A stretch of 63,786 nucleotides of DNA, the filler included, from Reticulomyxa filosa (lineage: Eukaryota > Protista > Foraminifera): NCBI GenBank assembly GCA_000512085.1. It is 17 parts of 17 records of this genome, joined end to end, with 100 filler letters (N's around TTAATTAATTAA, not from the genome) between each part and the next. Parts side by side here need not be neighbours in the genome. Positions count along the whole stretch, not along the records: positions 47,859 to 53,189 come from ASPP01001468.1; positions 53,290 to 54,955 come from ASPP01007258.1; positions 55,056 to 60,316 come from ASPP01023505.1; positions 60,417 to 63,786 come from ASPP01027843.1; 13 more parts are not named here. One strand, given 5' to 3'. Position 1 is the stretch's first letter. Each line of letters opens with the position of its first letter. The position numbers were made by a program, and so were the translations under genes. Shown piece after piece: positions 50,801 through 63,786 of this stretch. A model generated the notes under the pieces. The model saw only the letters and a list, made by a program, of their open reading frames with translations, had not been told where the DNA came from and did not search any database.

Positions 50801-52186
50801 TCGTGGTATAATAAAAGCAAGATTTTCATCTGATAGTTTTAGAATTGTATCTGTTTCTTTTGATAATACGATTCGATTATGGGATATCTCGTCAGGAAAA
50901 CAAATTCAAGTATTAGAAGGACATTCAAATCATATAACTGGTGTAGAATTTTTTCCAAAGGAACTTAAAATTTTATCATGTTTAGACAATGGAACTATTC
51001 GAATATGGGATGTAGCTGTAGAAAGAAAAATTCAATTAATAGATGGATATATAGATATCATAACAGGAGTACAATTTTCTCCTGATAATCTTAAAATTGT
51101 GTCATGTTCAACAGATAAAACGATTAGATTATGGGATATACAATTAAGAAGACAGATTCAAGTATTTGAAGGTCATTTAGATTGTATACGTGGAATTCTA
51201 TTTTTACCAGATGGTTCCAAAATTGTATCATATTCAGAAGATAACACAATCCGAATATGGGATGTATTATCAGGAAAACAACTTCAATTATTAGAAGGAC
51301 ATTCACATTTGATAAGTGAAGTACAATTTTCACCAGATGGTTCTAAACTTGTATCAAGTTCATTTGATAAAACTATTCGAATATGGGATATATCCTCAGG
51401 AACACAAAATCAATTATTGATTGGACATATTGAAGGTGTAATTGGAGTTCAATTTTCATCAGATGGATCCAAAATTGTATCATCTTCAACAGATAGAACA
51501 ATTCGATTGTGGGATGTATTATCTGGAAAACAACTTCAAGTATTTCAAGGACATTTTAATTTTGTAATGCAAGTAAAATTTTACCAGATGGATCTAAAAT
51601 TGTATCAGGTTCATGGAATAAGACACTTCAAGTATTGGATATATCATCTGGAAGTCAACTTTTTTTATTAGAAGGACATGAAAAGGATGTAAATAACGTA
51701 CAATTTTCTCCAGATGGTACTCAAATCATAACATGTTCAGATGATAAGACAATTCGATTGTGGAATTCATTGACTGGAAAGCAAATACATACATTTGAAG
51801 GACATGCTAATGAAGTAATAAGAATACAATTTTCATCAGATGGTTCTAAAATTATCTCATATTCAAAAGACAATACAATTCGCATATGGGATGTATCTTC
51901 AAGAAAACAACTTCAAATTTTTGAAGGACATAATGAAAGTATCAGAAATATTCATTTATCGTCCGATGGTTCAAAGTTAGTATCATGCTCGATGGATAAA
52001 ACAATTCGATTATGGGGTTGTGATAATAGCAAAATTGTTGATGTAACAGAGATGAGTCTGGTGAAATGTATTTGGAGATTGGGTATTCAAAGTGGTTTAG
52101 CAATGAAAGACAGTATTTGGAAGGACACGAAGGATTTGGAAGATCAACAGAAATTACTTGTAAAACAACATGGTGGAATATTTTAA
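47859..52186 (+). CDS. NLR-like STAND protein: unknown N-terminal domain, NACHT, pentapeptide repeats, 16 WD40 repeats; 5' truncated
   Basis: GKSGSGKS (Walker A), FVFIMDGFDEI (Walker B), VIVTCR, PFLL, YQFLHRSCQEY, AFLEGTKFKNANLDHVRF pentapeptides, and 16 GH...WD repeats. The two frame breaks lie in homopolymers (A8 at 48446-48453, T4 near 51580). Confidence 0.92.
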
Positions 52187-52346
52187 TTTTTTTTGTTGTT
52201 TTTTAGTAACACAAACAATAATTATTGCAAGAGCATACAACAGTATTCGATGAAATGGCAAATTCTCCTTTTCTCAAAAAATAGAAATTAAAAAAAATTC
52301 GTCAAAACAAACTTTTATCAATGTCTTTTCACTTTTAGTAAGTCAT

Positions 52347-52763
52347 TCATCCACCAACACAAATTAGATCTCTAACTGAACCATAATATAAATTTACATC
52401 ATTTAATTTTTGTTTATTATTCACTTCCTTTTTCAATGATACAAATTTAAGACATATTATTTGATAATCTTTGTCATTTCCATTGATCACATATAATTGA
52501 CTCTTATTTGATCGAATATCCCAAAAACGAATATTATCCAATGATCCAGAACATATCACATTTGAATTACAAATACTATTCTTTATTACAAATGGTATGT
52601 CCATTGAATACTTGAATTTGTTTACCAGATCGAATATCCCACAAACGAACACTTCTATCACATGACCCAGATAATTCATGCCCATTGAATACAATAAATT
52701 GTTTGATTGTTTCAATATCACATATTCGAACGGTTTTATCATTTGATCCAGACCAAATTGTAT
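52347..52763 (-). pseudogene. Truncated, internally deleted WD40 gene of the 14.7-kb-type family
   Basis: YTIWSGSNDKTVRICDIETIKQFIVFNGHE...ICSGSLDNIRFWDIRSNK, with frame breaks. Confidence 0.75.
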
Positions 52764-52765
52764 AT

Positions 52766-53051
52766 TCAGGAAAACAACTTCAAATATTAGAAGGACATAA
52801 CGGAGATATTAATTGTATCTACTTATCACGAGATGGTTCAAAACTAGTATCATGTTCAACAGATAAAACAATGAGATTATGGAGTAGTGATAAAGGTAAA
52901 ATTGTTGATGTAACTGAAACTAGTGTGGTGGATTATATTTGGAAAGTAGGAAATCAAAGTGGTTTATCAATGAAAAAAAGTATTTGGAAAAATACAAAAG
53001 GTTTGGAGGATCAACAAAATGCTTGTAAAACAACGTGGTGGAACACTTTGA
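52766..53051 (+). pseudogene. Second copy of the last WD40 repeat and tail of the NACHT-WD40 family
   Basis: SGKQLQILEGHNGDINCIYLSRDGSKLVSCSTDKTMRLWS...WKVGNQSGLSMKKSIWK, with a frameshift near 53020. Confidence 0.8.
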
Positions 53052-53397
53052 TATTTTTTTTTATTTGTGTAAATAAAGATAAATATAATCACATATCAGT
53101 ATTATTACGTTTTTTGTCAATAACATAACATTAATTTCAATTTCACAAAAAATCCACTAAAATACATTTTTTGTTGTTTTCAAAAGGCTNNNNNNNNNNN
53201 NNNNNNNNNNNNNNNNNNNNNNNNNNNNNNNNNTTAATTAATTAANNNNNNNNNNNNNNNNNNNNNNNNNNNNNNNNNNNNNNNNNNNNAATATACATAT
53301 ATACATATATATATATATTATATGTTATTATTATCATTCATTATTCATTTGTCTTTATATGCACGTATATACAAACATGTGTATATGTATATGCTAG

Positions 53398-54507
53398 GAT
53401 AATGACGAGGTGGTTGTTATGCAAAACCAAGTGTCGTCATTTGCGAAGCCGCAGAGTACCACGAATCTCATAGTGAGCGAGGAGAGGTTCCAACGACGCG
53501 ACAGGACCCATTCTACTGGAATTAATACAAATGTAAATGCAAATGCAAATGCAAGTGCGAGTGCAGTGAAGACTGCAAATGACCATGAGCAAACAGCAGC
53601 TACAGTAGCGTCGATAAAAGCGACGACAGCAATGACAACGCTAACGACGACGATGGCGAAGAGGAACACGATAACGAAGACCACCATCACAGGTGCAGGG
53701 ATGGAAGTGGGAGGTGTGTCCGGCAGCTCCGGCAGAGAGAAGCGCAACAGCATCCCCAATCTGCAAGTGAACACGAGCCAAGGAGGGACGACGGCGACGA
53801 CGACGACGACGCACACGTCAATGTTGAGCATAAGCAAGACGACGAATAACACGAGCAATCACAATGTAGTGTCGTCTCCTTCCAACCGCGTCGGCAGCGT
53901 GTCGGGAAGAACAAGCTTGAGTGGTGGTTTCGACAAGTCCATTCAGTCCGCCATTGACGCAGCTGTGGCGTCCAACCGACAGAACAGCACTTTGTCACCA
54001 TCCCCGAGGCCTGCTTCGTTGAAGTCGCTTCCCAAAGTCGCCACTGACGATGTCACCGTTAAACAAAGATCGCTTACGAATAATGAAAAAGACAAAGATA
54101 AAGATAAAGATAAGGACAAGCAGAAACATAAAGAGAAAGAAACAGTCAACAAGACCAAGAGCAATACAAACAAAGGAGGAGATGTAATAATCGAGGAAAA
54201 TGAAAGGACAAAGCAGGAAATGCCTCTGTCGTCCGCGGCCAATAAAGGAGCCAGTCGCAACAAAGGCTACTCGTTTTACACTCACCAATCCTCGCCCAGC
54301 ATGAGCGCCGGGTCGACTGCGTCCATGTATCACTACGTACACACCCCAAAAAACCCTTCGTCTCAACACGTCAACAAAAGTGGCAGCAGTCGCGGCTTGG
54401 TTGGAACGAGTACGACAAATGTCCATCACAATACAAACAATAATAATAATAATAATAATAACAATAATAATAATAATAATCATAGCAATAATAATAACAT
54501 TAATAAC

Positions 54508-54539
<32 letters not shown>

Positions 54540-54921
54540 CAATGGCAGTCTGACCCGTGCCAATTCCATTCGCGCCAACAATGGCGGCGGTAGCGATGCG
54601 ACGAAAAGCAAACGAAATCCGGTGTATGTGGTGGGCGGAAGTGGAGTGAGTCGAGGAGGCTCGGGCAAAGGCAAGCACGGCTCGTCGCTGCGAGTGATGG
54701 ACATCGAGTCCGGCGAAATCGACGATGGCGAGTACGGCGACACCATGGCTCTGCTGCCCTCTCATGGGCCTGGCTATGCTGACACTGTCGCCGATCGCAC
54801 CTTGAAAGAGTACGTCATGCTCATGGTACTGCTGCCCATTGCCACTCATCGCTGGTCCAGGCAAGGTTTCATTGAAGGTGTTGCCAGAGCAATGCGATGT
54901 GATCAAGCCAGGTTTTTTTTT

Positions 54922-54927
<6 letters not shown>
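53398..54927 (+). CDS. Low-complexity S/T/N/G-rich protein, internal exon of an unknown gene
   Basis: An open frame of about 500 codons with poly-Asn and KD repeats, and an AG acceptor at 53396-53397. No recognisable domain. Confidence 0.65.
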
Positions 54928-54955
<28 letters not shown>

Positions 54956-55055
54956 NNNNNNNNNNNNNNNNNNNNNNNNNNNNNNNNNNNNNNNNNNNNT
55001 TAATTAATTAANNNNNNNNNNNNNNNNNNNNNNNNNNNNNNNNNNNNNNNNNNNN

Positions 55056-55795
55056 TAATAATAATAATGATAACAATAATAACAATAATATAACAAGTCA
55101 ATTCAAAGGGTTGACAGATACGTATTATGAGACAGTGTCAACAATGCAAATGGAAATGAGGAAATACGAGCAAGAGATCAACGACTTAAGAGAAAAAGAG
55201 AAAACGCTGAGCGAATATGTGCAATGTTTAGTTATGGAAAAAGTGGCATTGGAGAAACAGTTGGTACAATGCTCGAACCAATCACAAATAGAACCAGACC
55301 AGCCTGTTGCACTTGAGGACGCTCCACAGACACCAAGCACCATTCATCACAATGGCAACAGCGTTCCTCATTCTCATCATTATCCTCATCATCCTCATCA
55401 TCCAATGCATAATCACAATCCTAGCTACAGTCATGCCTCCACGCTCATGCACGACGATTGGGATACTCTTCCTTTATACGAAAACAATAACAACAACAAC
55501 AACAACGAAGCAGGAACGACCCATTCCAATGCAGGATTTATCTTGCACGACTACTCCACAGCGGAACACGAAAGAAACTTGCTAGCCGAACTGAAAGGCT
55601 TGTCGTCATCCATGGCAAACCTGGGGCCAATGCACGGCGTCAGTGACGATGCCGAGAACGAAGAGGAGGATCGGCGTGCCCACACTAGTGGTCCAGACGG
55701 GATTGACATCACTCTCGTTTCCACTCGCATCCTTTCCAAACATGTCCTCGTGTCCTCTCAACAAAATGGACAAAGAGACAGTGAAGAAGATGGAG

Positions 55796-55828
<33 letters not shown>

Positions 55829-56446
55829 GCAATACATATCCTGGTGCACAAGAAGTGCAAGGAGTGCAAGGACAAGTGGTAACAGAGAAAAAGATAGAAG
55901 AAAGTCAAATTAATAATAATAACAACAATGATAATAATAATAATAATATAATAACAAAGGAATAGATAGCCATGATAACAAGAAGCAACCCAATTCGGAT
56001 GTGACAACGTCGTCGCGAAAAAAGTAGGTACGCAAACGTGCGTAGATGCGTATGAAGAGTATCTACACTTGACATGTGCGGCGGTGAAAATTCAATACCC
56101 GTCGGTGGAAGTGTCGTCAGATGACTTGCTTCGCATCGCGCGCTCCAAACGACTGCCCTTTTGGCGAGTGTACGAACACTTGTCTCGCTATATGATGGAC
56201 CGCATGCAATGGGAGGAAAAGGAACAGCAGAAACTCCTTCAGCTTAAAAACTCGGTCATTGCCGCCCAACGCGAACACAAACAAGCCAAGACCAAACCCA
56301 TTTCGCGTTTCCTGCAATTCCTTTGGCGAAACTCAAACGCACCTACCCATCCCAACAACACTGTCACTATACCACCCTCCGCTACCAAAACTGGAGGCTT
56401 GTCGTTGCATCTCAATGGGAATCCCATTTCATTGTCCAAGTCATAG
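55056..56446 (+). CDS. C-terminal part of an unknown coiled-coil / His- and Asn-rich protein (spliced)
   Basis: ORFs 55111-55965 and 56069-56446, coiled coil EMRKYEQEINDLREKEKTL, and a globular-looking last exon. Confidence 0.55.
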
Positions 56447-56894
56447 TCTTCTTCTTCTTCTTTTTCATTGATTTTTTTTGGTTGTTATTTGTTTCGTTTG
56501 ATTTGTCTCTTTTTTGATGTTTGTGTGCGTATCTATGTGTTTTTTCGTATTCTTTATTTTTTCTTTCGTATTTATCTCACATTTTTCATTTGGAAGTGTG
56601 CCTTATTGCTGATCCCCCTTTTTCTTTGCTTTGTTTTGCACAAATGTTATGGACCCTTTTTTTTTGGTAAAATAAAAACTAGTTGGAGCAATTCTTCTTC
56701 CATGGTTTAAATTTCTTAGGTTTTATGGCCTGCTTTTTATTAAAACAGCAATTTGTTCGGCTTAAAACAAAACTTTACAAGTGTTTGTATTGGACAAACA
56801 ACAGCTTCTATTTCAAGTTTATTACCTTCCCATATTGTCAAACAGTTTTTTAAAAAAAGAGGTTGCTTTAGGTCTTTTTTTTTTTGAGTCGTTA

Positions 56895-58772
56895 TGAGAT
56901 GACCACCGTTAATGAACTAGCGTCTGTCACAGAGCAGGAGAACGGGAAGTTAAATATGACATCAACAGGTCAAATAGCAGAAAGTAGTCCCGCCTCGCAG
57001 GTGGGTAGTAATTCCGAGCTTCACTTGCTGCAGGCCGAAGCGGACGAAAGAGCCGACGATGAGCAATCAAGTGAGCGAGGAAACAAAGAGCCGCAAGATC
57101 TGGAAGATCTGACGGAGTTGACCGACCTGACGTCCGCCTCATTCAAGGAACGTCTGAAAGATGTGATTTTGCGTTTCTGTGGTTAGGAGTAATTTCGTTT
57201 GGAGGGCCAACGGCACACTTTGGATTGTTCCATATAAAGTTTGTTAAAGGCAAGAAGTGGTTCAACGATCAGCAATTTTTGGGTATGCAATGCAAATTAT
57301 ATTTTTTTAATTATTTTGTATAAAACGTGCAAAAACCCCTTTCGCATTTGCAATCGATGCAAAAAAAATTTCCTTCCCCCCCCCTTCCTTCATTCCCTTA
57401 TGCATGTACGGCACGTTTGTGTAACTTTTTCTAAAACAAAAAAAATTTCTGTTGTTGTGAATTGGCCAAATTAGATTTATGGGCGGTAGGACAAGGACTT
57501 CCAGGACCAACGTCGACACAAATGGTAGTATCAATGGCGACATGGCGTGCAGGTATCGTCGGCGGGTTGGTTGCGCTTGCGCTGTGGTGTCTCCCGTCGC
57601 TGTTCATAATGATCTGTGCAGGCCTTGGCGTCCAGCAATTGAAGTTGCAAAACGCCGATTGGATGAGCGGCCTGGCGCCGGCCGCGGTGTCGTTGGTGTT
57701 TGTCGCGGCGTTCAAATTGGGGGGAAAAGCTTTGGATAGCAAACTCAAGTTGGCACTGTGTCTGGCCAGTACTCTCATTGTGCTAATTATCACCGGAGAT
57801 CAACGTATCAAACCAAGGATTGCCGCTATCTTTTATCCCATTTTGGTCTTTGGTGGTGGACTCATCACTTACGTTGACTCTCTTATCCCTTCGCGCAAAC
57901 ACTTGTATCGCCAAGCTTTTGAAGTTTTTTTTAAAAAATTTTTTTTAAAAAAAAAGGAATGAAAACAAACATGCACACATGCAAAGGATTTTTGTTTTGC
58001 ATTGTTTTTTTTTTTTTTGAGTGATTAAAGGAAAGTACGAAGGAGTACAAAAGTAATGTGAACATGTCGAAGACGCAAGGGTTTATGTACTTTATGATGT
58101 GGCTCGTGTTGATAATAGTAATGCCAGTGCTCAGAGCTGATGATCCCTCTTTGCCCGAAATTTGGAAATTTTTCGAGTCTTGTTTTCGGATTGGCTCTTT
58201 CATTTACGGAGGAGGACAAGTGGTACTACCTTTGCTATTTGAAGAGGTTATCCATCCTGGATGGCTCACTGAACAAGAGTTTTGGGCTGGATTTGCTCTT
58301 GCTCAAGCTTTGCCTGGTTTCGTGTTTTTTTTTTTTTTTTTTATGTATTTTTTTTTTAATTTAATTTTTTTTAAAATTAGGACCCCTTTTCAATTTTGCA
58401 GCTTACTTAGGCGCAGTGAGCTTTGGCATTGGTGGGGCGCTATTGGGGTGGATTGGATTGTTTGGACCAGGGACTTTGCTGATCTTTGCATTCTTACCTT
58501 TGTGGCAATATGTCCATAAATGGCAATGGTTTCGCATTGCCTTGCAAGGGATCAATGCATCTGCTATTGGTCTAATTTTTGCTGGGTGTGTTTTACTGTG
58601 GAATAGCGCTGTGCAAACACACGCTGATGCTTGTGTTGCTGTTCTAACTGGGGCTTTGGTTGGAATTTTTGATGTCCAAGCACCTATTGCTATTTTTGTT
58701 GGAGCCATTCTGGGCTTGTTGTTGTCCAATACTGTTATGGGACTTGCGCTTGTTAGTGTTTGTCCTACCTAA
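56895..58772 (+). CDS. Long-chain chromate ion transporter (CHR family), spliced
   Basis: WLGVISFGGPTAH, QGLPGPTSTQ, IGSFIYGGGQVVLPLL and AQALPG-PLFNF form two CHR halves. Apparent 1-nt frameshift near 57178. Confidence 0.92.
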
Positions 58773-59358
58773 TCTTCCAATTTTTCTTTGCCCTACTTGT
58801 TTATAATCGTGTAGCACATTGTTTTTTTTGCATTTGTTGTTGAAACAAAAACAAAACATCTTCAAGCAATCTTGAGTTTATATCCACATTTCTGTGATAA
58901 CAAGCAACCAAAAATCTGTCTGCTGCAGCTTTTTATTTTGTCTAAAAAACCTTATCATGACCAAAACTTTCTTTTTTCCTATCACTATGTTCTTGTTGTT
59001 TGGCAAAATAAATTAAAATCCTTGTTAAAGTTGTTTGGAACATAAAATCAACACAGGTCAATACGTGCGCTCTTTGCAAATTTGATCAACGTTTAGGCAA
59101 AGAAAAATCAATTAATTAAACTCTAAAAAATTATTTCAGAAGTTACGGATGTAATTGGGATCAGGTTTGCTCGTTTTGTTCAAAAAAATTTTCCCCCTTC
59201 AAAGGGTGAATAGATATTTGCACATTACAAAGACTTACTGAGAAATATTAAATTTTTTTTTTAGTAAGTATTAAGAGACCAAATTTCTGGAAATTGACGA
59301 TTTAATCATTTTTTTAGTCTGATCAATCGAGAAGAGTGATTGACAGAGCAAGCGTGTA

Positions 59359-60316
59359 ATGGGCAACTCATTGTCTGAGCAAAATTTCTCACAAAAAAGT
59401 TTGCAAGGAACGTTTGAAGAAGATCAACTACTACAATCTTATGACGTGAGTTGTGTTTTTATTCTATAACTTTTTGATGTACAAAGAAGCCTTCGTTTTG
59501 CCGTGACTCCACTATCATTGCATTCAACTTAAAACAAAAAATAAAAAAAAAACAAATCAAACAAAACAAAACGAAAAAAGGAAGAAAAATTATTCAGTGT
59601 GGATTTTCCTCGGTTTTATTCCATTGCATTATGCAATTACTTAGCCGATCGACTAAGAGACAAGTTCCTTTTCTTTTTTTTTTTTTTTAAATTAGCAATT
59701 TCAAATTCGCGAAAAAGAAAAAAAGAAGGGTGCATTTAAAAAAAAAAAAAACGTGAATGTGATTGAAACTGCAGACAAGAGTTTGAAAAAGCCATAAATC
59801 GGCGTGCAAAATTGGCGGACATTGGTAATATTTTTGCAGCGGCAAATATTTCCATCTTTTTGTTTCGTGTTTTTTCAAAAAATGGAGATACAGATTATAT
59901 AATGTGCATATGCATATATATTATATACATAAATATATGTATATGTATATATACATATATGTATATGGGTGTGAAAAATCATTAGACAAAATGGGATGAA
60001 TGAAATGGAAAAGAAAGAAGAAACACAAGTGGAAGACAAATGGGAAGACAACGAAGAAAGAAAGCATGTAATGGAAACAGAGACAAATGGATGTGCATCG
60101 GCAATAATGACGCGATTGAATGAATTCCAAAGTAAACAAATCAAATATTTGCAACAAGAAATGGACTATTTAGTAAGAAACAATGACTCATATTATCATT
60201 TGATTGATGCTCGATTTGATATTTGCAAAAGAGTGTTTTTGGCTAACATTCGATCACGAAAGAGATTACAAGTTTTGAGACAATTGTTCAAAACTCTTCT
60301 CTCTATCTCTCTCTCT
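59359..60316 (+). CDS. Unknown protein, 5' part (spliced, MG start)
   Basis: An exon MGNSLSEQNF...QSYD with a GT donor, further exons, and ORF 59996 running to the contig end. Confidence 0.4.
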
Positions 60317-62726
60317 NNNNNNNNNNNNNNNNNNNNNNNNNNNNNNNNNNNNNNNNNNNNTTAATTAATTAANNNNNNNNNNNNNNNNNNNNNNNNNNNN
60401 NNNNNNNNNNNNNNNNAGTAGTGTTATACTGACAGTTTATTTTCAATTTCGGACGGTGTGTACTTGAAGCATAGTATCATAACATAAATATCTGATTTAT
60501 CAAATTGTTCATTTTGTTTATATATACTGATATTTAATTATTTTCAATTGATACTTTCAATATTTTAAATGCTTCGTCATTTAAAATATATTCATACTTT
60601 AAATTTTTTGTACTTAGTTCGATATATTTAACATTCGTTCAATATATTGCAATATTTAACAAATATTTCTGTACTAAACACAATATCTATTACAATTTTT
60701 TTCATTATGAAGTTTCGTAATTTTGTATATTTTCTTACATATTGTAGACAGTAAGACTAACATAACTTAATATCATAAGTTTCAAAACATTATTAAGCAA
60801 ATATTAAATATAACAAATTGTCTTTTTAAGTTGATTTCGTGAATGTAACAACGATTTGATAATGACAGCATATTGACTGATGAATGCTTTTTTGCATAAT
60901 GTAGCTACGTTCATTTACAGCATCAAAATCTTTTCTAATCAAGAACTAGCTTTTAGGTAGTTGTAATTTAAATTATCTTTTATGATATAGAATTCTATTC
61001 TTCTGGATATCAAATGCCAAGTCTACAGAAAAGGAAATATCATTTGAGAATTGACAAAACCATGTTTTGTGATTTATCATTGAGTTTGATAAAGTTGCAA
61101 TTGAACGAAGTAATGGAACAACGATGTTGTATATACAATTTCAAATAACATATTTCAAGTAGAATATAACAATTCATGACATCGACTGTATGCACTAGCC
61201 AAATTATCAACAAATCTACTACTTTCAAGGTCGCGTCATTTGCAAAATACTACTCGCTTGACTGTCAATTTCACGATAATCACTTTTATTGCATTTAACT
61301 CGCAAGTCAGACACATAATCGTGAAACTGAATCTGCATCTCACATGCTAATGGCACAAATTCCAAATTATCATAAGTTTTTCTTATGATTGTATGATAAT
61401 TATCATACTTAATGGAAACTATTATTTCTAAAATAATTTGATTGATTATACCGCTTACTGTCATGCAAAAATACACACATTATTTGTTCGTTATCGACAA
61501 AAGGTCATACACTTTTGGATTGCTTTTCCATGTTGCTTACAGGTTTACTTGGGTCATGTGGTTGCATTGGACAGTCGTTGATACTGCTGTTGTTGGCATT
61601 CCACTTGACATAAATTGCAATATTGTCATTTGTGCTATAACGTCTTGAATTTCTACTAGTTGTGGTCGCAACTTCAAATAGACCTTGCCTTTCACTATGT
61701 CGCCGGACACTAATATGTTGTCCAAATGACTATACAGAATCTTCTATGATAATGACAATGATTGACTTAAGCTTTCTTCACTACGTGTAAACTTGACAAC
61801 AACTTCACAATGACTTGACTTATCGTGCTCGCTCATGACGAACATATCTTCGCTTTAGAAGACCAGTTCAAAGTCCTAGGCTTAACATGATTGGACCAAA
61901 ACAGAACTAATTGTTTTTTATGACTCGATACCCTAAACAGGGGTGCCAGTTTTAGAAGTGCACACGAGGAAACCGAAAAAGTTAAACAGAAAATAATCTC
62001 AATATTGCCAGAAAAATGTTTATGTACGCTTTCTATAAAACTAATTTTAAACGATAGATATAAGTAATTTCTCCAATTTGTAAATATTTATAAAACGGTC
62101 TTCGGAAAGTGTATTTTAATTCCACAAAGTTGATGTTTTCGGATGATATTCATATTGTTCTCAAAAGATGTGATGATTAGCAATTAAAGATAAGTGCGAC
62201 AAGCAGATGATGAAAGGTTTTCAAAAAGTAAAAAGGCGAAAGAAATTAAAAAACAATAAAGACAAAACATAAATAGAAAAGACAATCAAGGGGTGAAACA
62301 GAAAGATATTTTACAACACTCACACAAAAAGATAAAACAAAAAAAAACTTGTTGTTTTTTCCGTTTTTTTTTTTATGAAGACAGAAAAAGAACAAAACTA
62401 CAAGTCAACAAAAAATGTGTGGAACATGGAACAGCAAAAAAAAAAAAAAACAAAACAAATGTTATAAAAACTGTTGTTTTTGTTCTGTTTTAATTATAGT
62501 GTAAACGACCGATAACAGGAAAAAACAATCGAAGCAACGCAATGGAAGAGCATAATCCACAACAAAAAAAGGAAATACATTCACAAAAACAAGTTTGAGG
62601 ACAAGGGGAAACAGAATAACAATAGCATGAACGTAAAACGAAACATAATTCCAAAAAATATCCGAAAAGGATGTAAAAAATAATATTGAACAATCATAGA
62701 GAAAAAAGAAAAGAAAAGAAAAAAAA

Positions 62727-63786
62727 TCAAAGATGAATCGGATTGCTTTGACTTCGACCCCGGCCTCTCGGACATCGATTCGTCATCGCATCCATTTCAA
62801 TGACGGACAGTTCTACTTTTTGCATAGGTTTTGCGGAGTGTTGTCTACGCAAAGACTTGGAACTGGAGTGATTACTGCAATCGGTGAAGGAAGTTTTGTT
62901 TTGCAAAATATGAGCAGGAAGCATACACGGCGTTGGTGTGCACTCTGCCGAATCCGCTCCGTCAGTTTCATCTGCGACCGCCATTACATCAATGTCATGC
63001 ACTTCGGTTTGGCTTTTGGGCAAATATGCACTCGCGACTGAACGCATTTCATACTTGTATTCTTGATCTGTAATTTGACAAAATAATAGAAATGGAGAGA
63101 AAGGAAAATGAGTGGAATAGGAACAACAACAACAACAACAACAAAATAAAAAAATTACCAAATCGGAAATGAGTGGACTGCACTTCTTCCGTGTTGTAAA
63201 TGTGTTTGTACAACAATGGCGACTGACTCCTCGATACCAAACTGCCTTGGGTGTTGTTCTTGGTGGTTTCAGTAGTGTGCGAGAAGTCGCGAGGCATAGA
63301 GAGTGAGTCATGACTGTGAGGATTGGACTGATTGGACTTGCTTGTGATGCTTGTGCGACGTGAGAACGCGAGAGGTAATGGCGCAGAGCTTCCATTGCCG
63401 TTCTGTGCTTCACTCGACACATGCACGAGTACTGGACTGGACGTCACTTTCGCATTGTCATTATCATTATCATTATCATTGTCATTGTCTTGTGGCCACG
63501 TCATTACGAGACATCCAGCATTTCGGTGATGACCGGCAGATATCAAAGTCCACAAGGGGGACAGTATTGCCGGAGGGGGCACTTTGTCACGAGATTCTAT
63601 CGACGATGACGTGGCAAGTTCACTTTGAGTTGGACTCTGTGATAAGGACTTTGCATTTACTAATTGACTGCGGGTTGTCTTTGTGTGTTGTTTTTGAATT
63701 GCAATTGTTTTTGTTAGTTTATTATCATCCCTTCTCTTTTTCTCCCTTGTCTCTTTCTTGTTGATATCATTGATATCATTGATATC
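62727..63786 (-). CDS. Unknown low-complexity protein, 3' part (spliced)
   Basis: Overlapping minus-strand ORFs 63049-63582 and 62727-63422 are consistent with an intron near 63075-63165. DN repeats present. Confidence 0.45.

Noticed and set aside
61537-61840. GDIVKGKVYLKL resembling an arrestin N-domain
   Set aside because: The motif is too short and the surrounding frames are broken, so a call cannot be supported.

Overview
This window is not one locus. It is 17 contigs joined by artificial 100-nt spacers (N44-TTAATTAATTAA-N44), so only neighbourhoods within a contig are meaningful. Sixteen contigs are AT-rich, intron-rich eukaryotic DNA. The expanded WD40 families, poly-Asn tracts and short introns resemble the foraminiferan Reticulomyxa filosa (inference). 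One contig (12953-14542) is GC-rich bacterial DNA. Recognisable genes: a PfkB/pseudouridine-kinase-like kinase, bleomycin hydrolase, a 7TM GPCR-like protein, BLOC1S2, an F-box protein, DDX19/Dbp5 helicase, GDA1/CD39 apyrase, kinesin-5, a TBC-TLDc protein, an orphan RBM19 RRM exon, a DUSP-USP pseudogene and a CHR chromate transporter. The best candidate for a new system is a set of immunity-like genes. (i) An intact spliced gene (39489..36610, minus) reads CUE, CUE-like, PUB, PH-like, Ubl-like, R-S-E-clade ADP-ribosyltransferase (ART), UBA-like, i.e. an ART built like a p97/ubiquitin adaptor. It lies tail-to-tail with the 3' end of an NLR-like NACHT-WD40 gene. (ii) A NEURL4/Gig2-type H-Y ART carries an in-frame TGA. 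(iii) A NACHT-pentapeptide-16xWD40 NLR-like gene has hypervariable repeat positions and an adjacent inverted WD40 chimera. Non-coding observations include a fold-back intron, a conserved ~130-bp element on two contigs, and a decayed tandem-unit family with a conserved leader and G-quadruplex motif. All domain calls are from motif recognition by eye; no searches were run.
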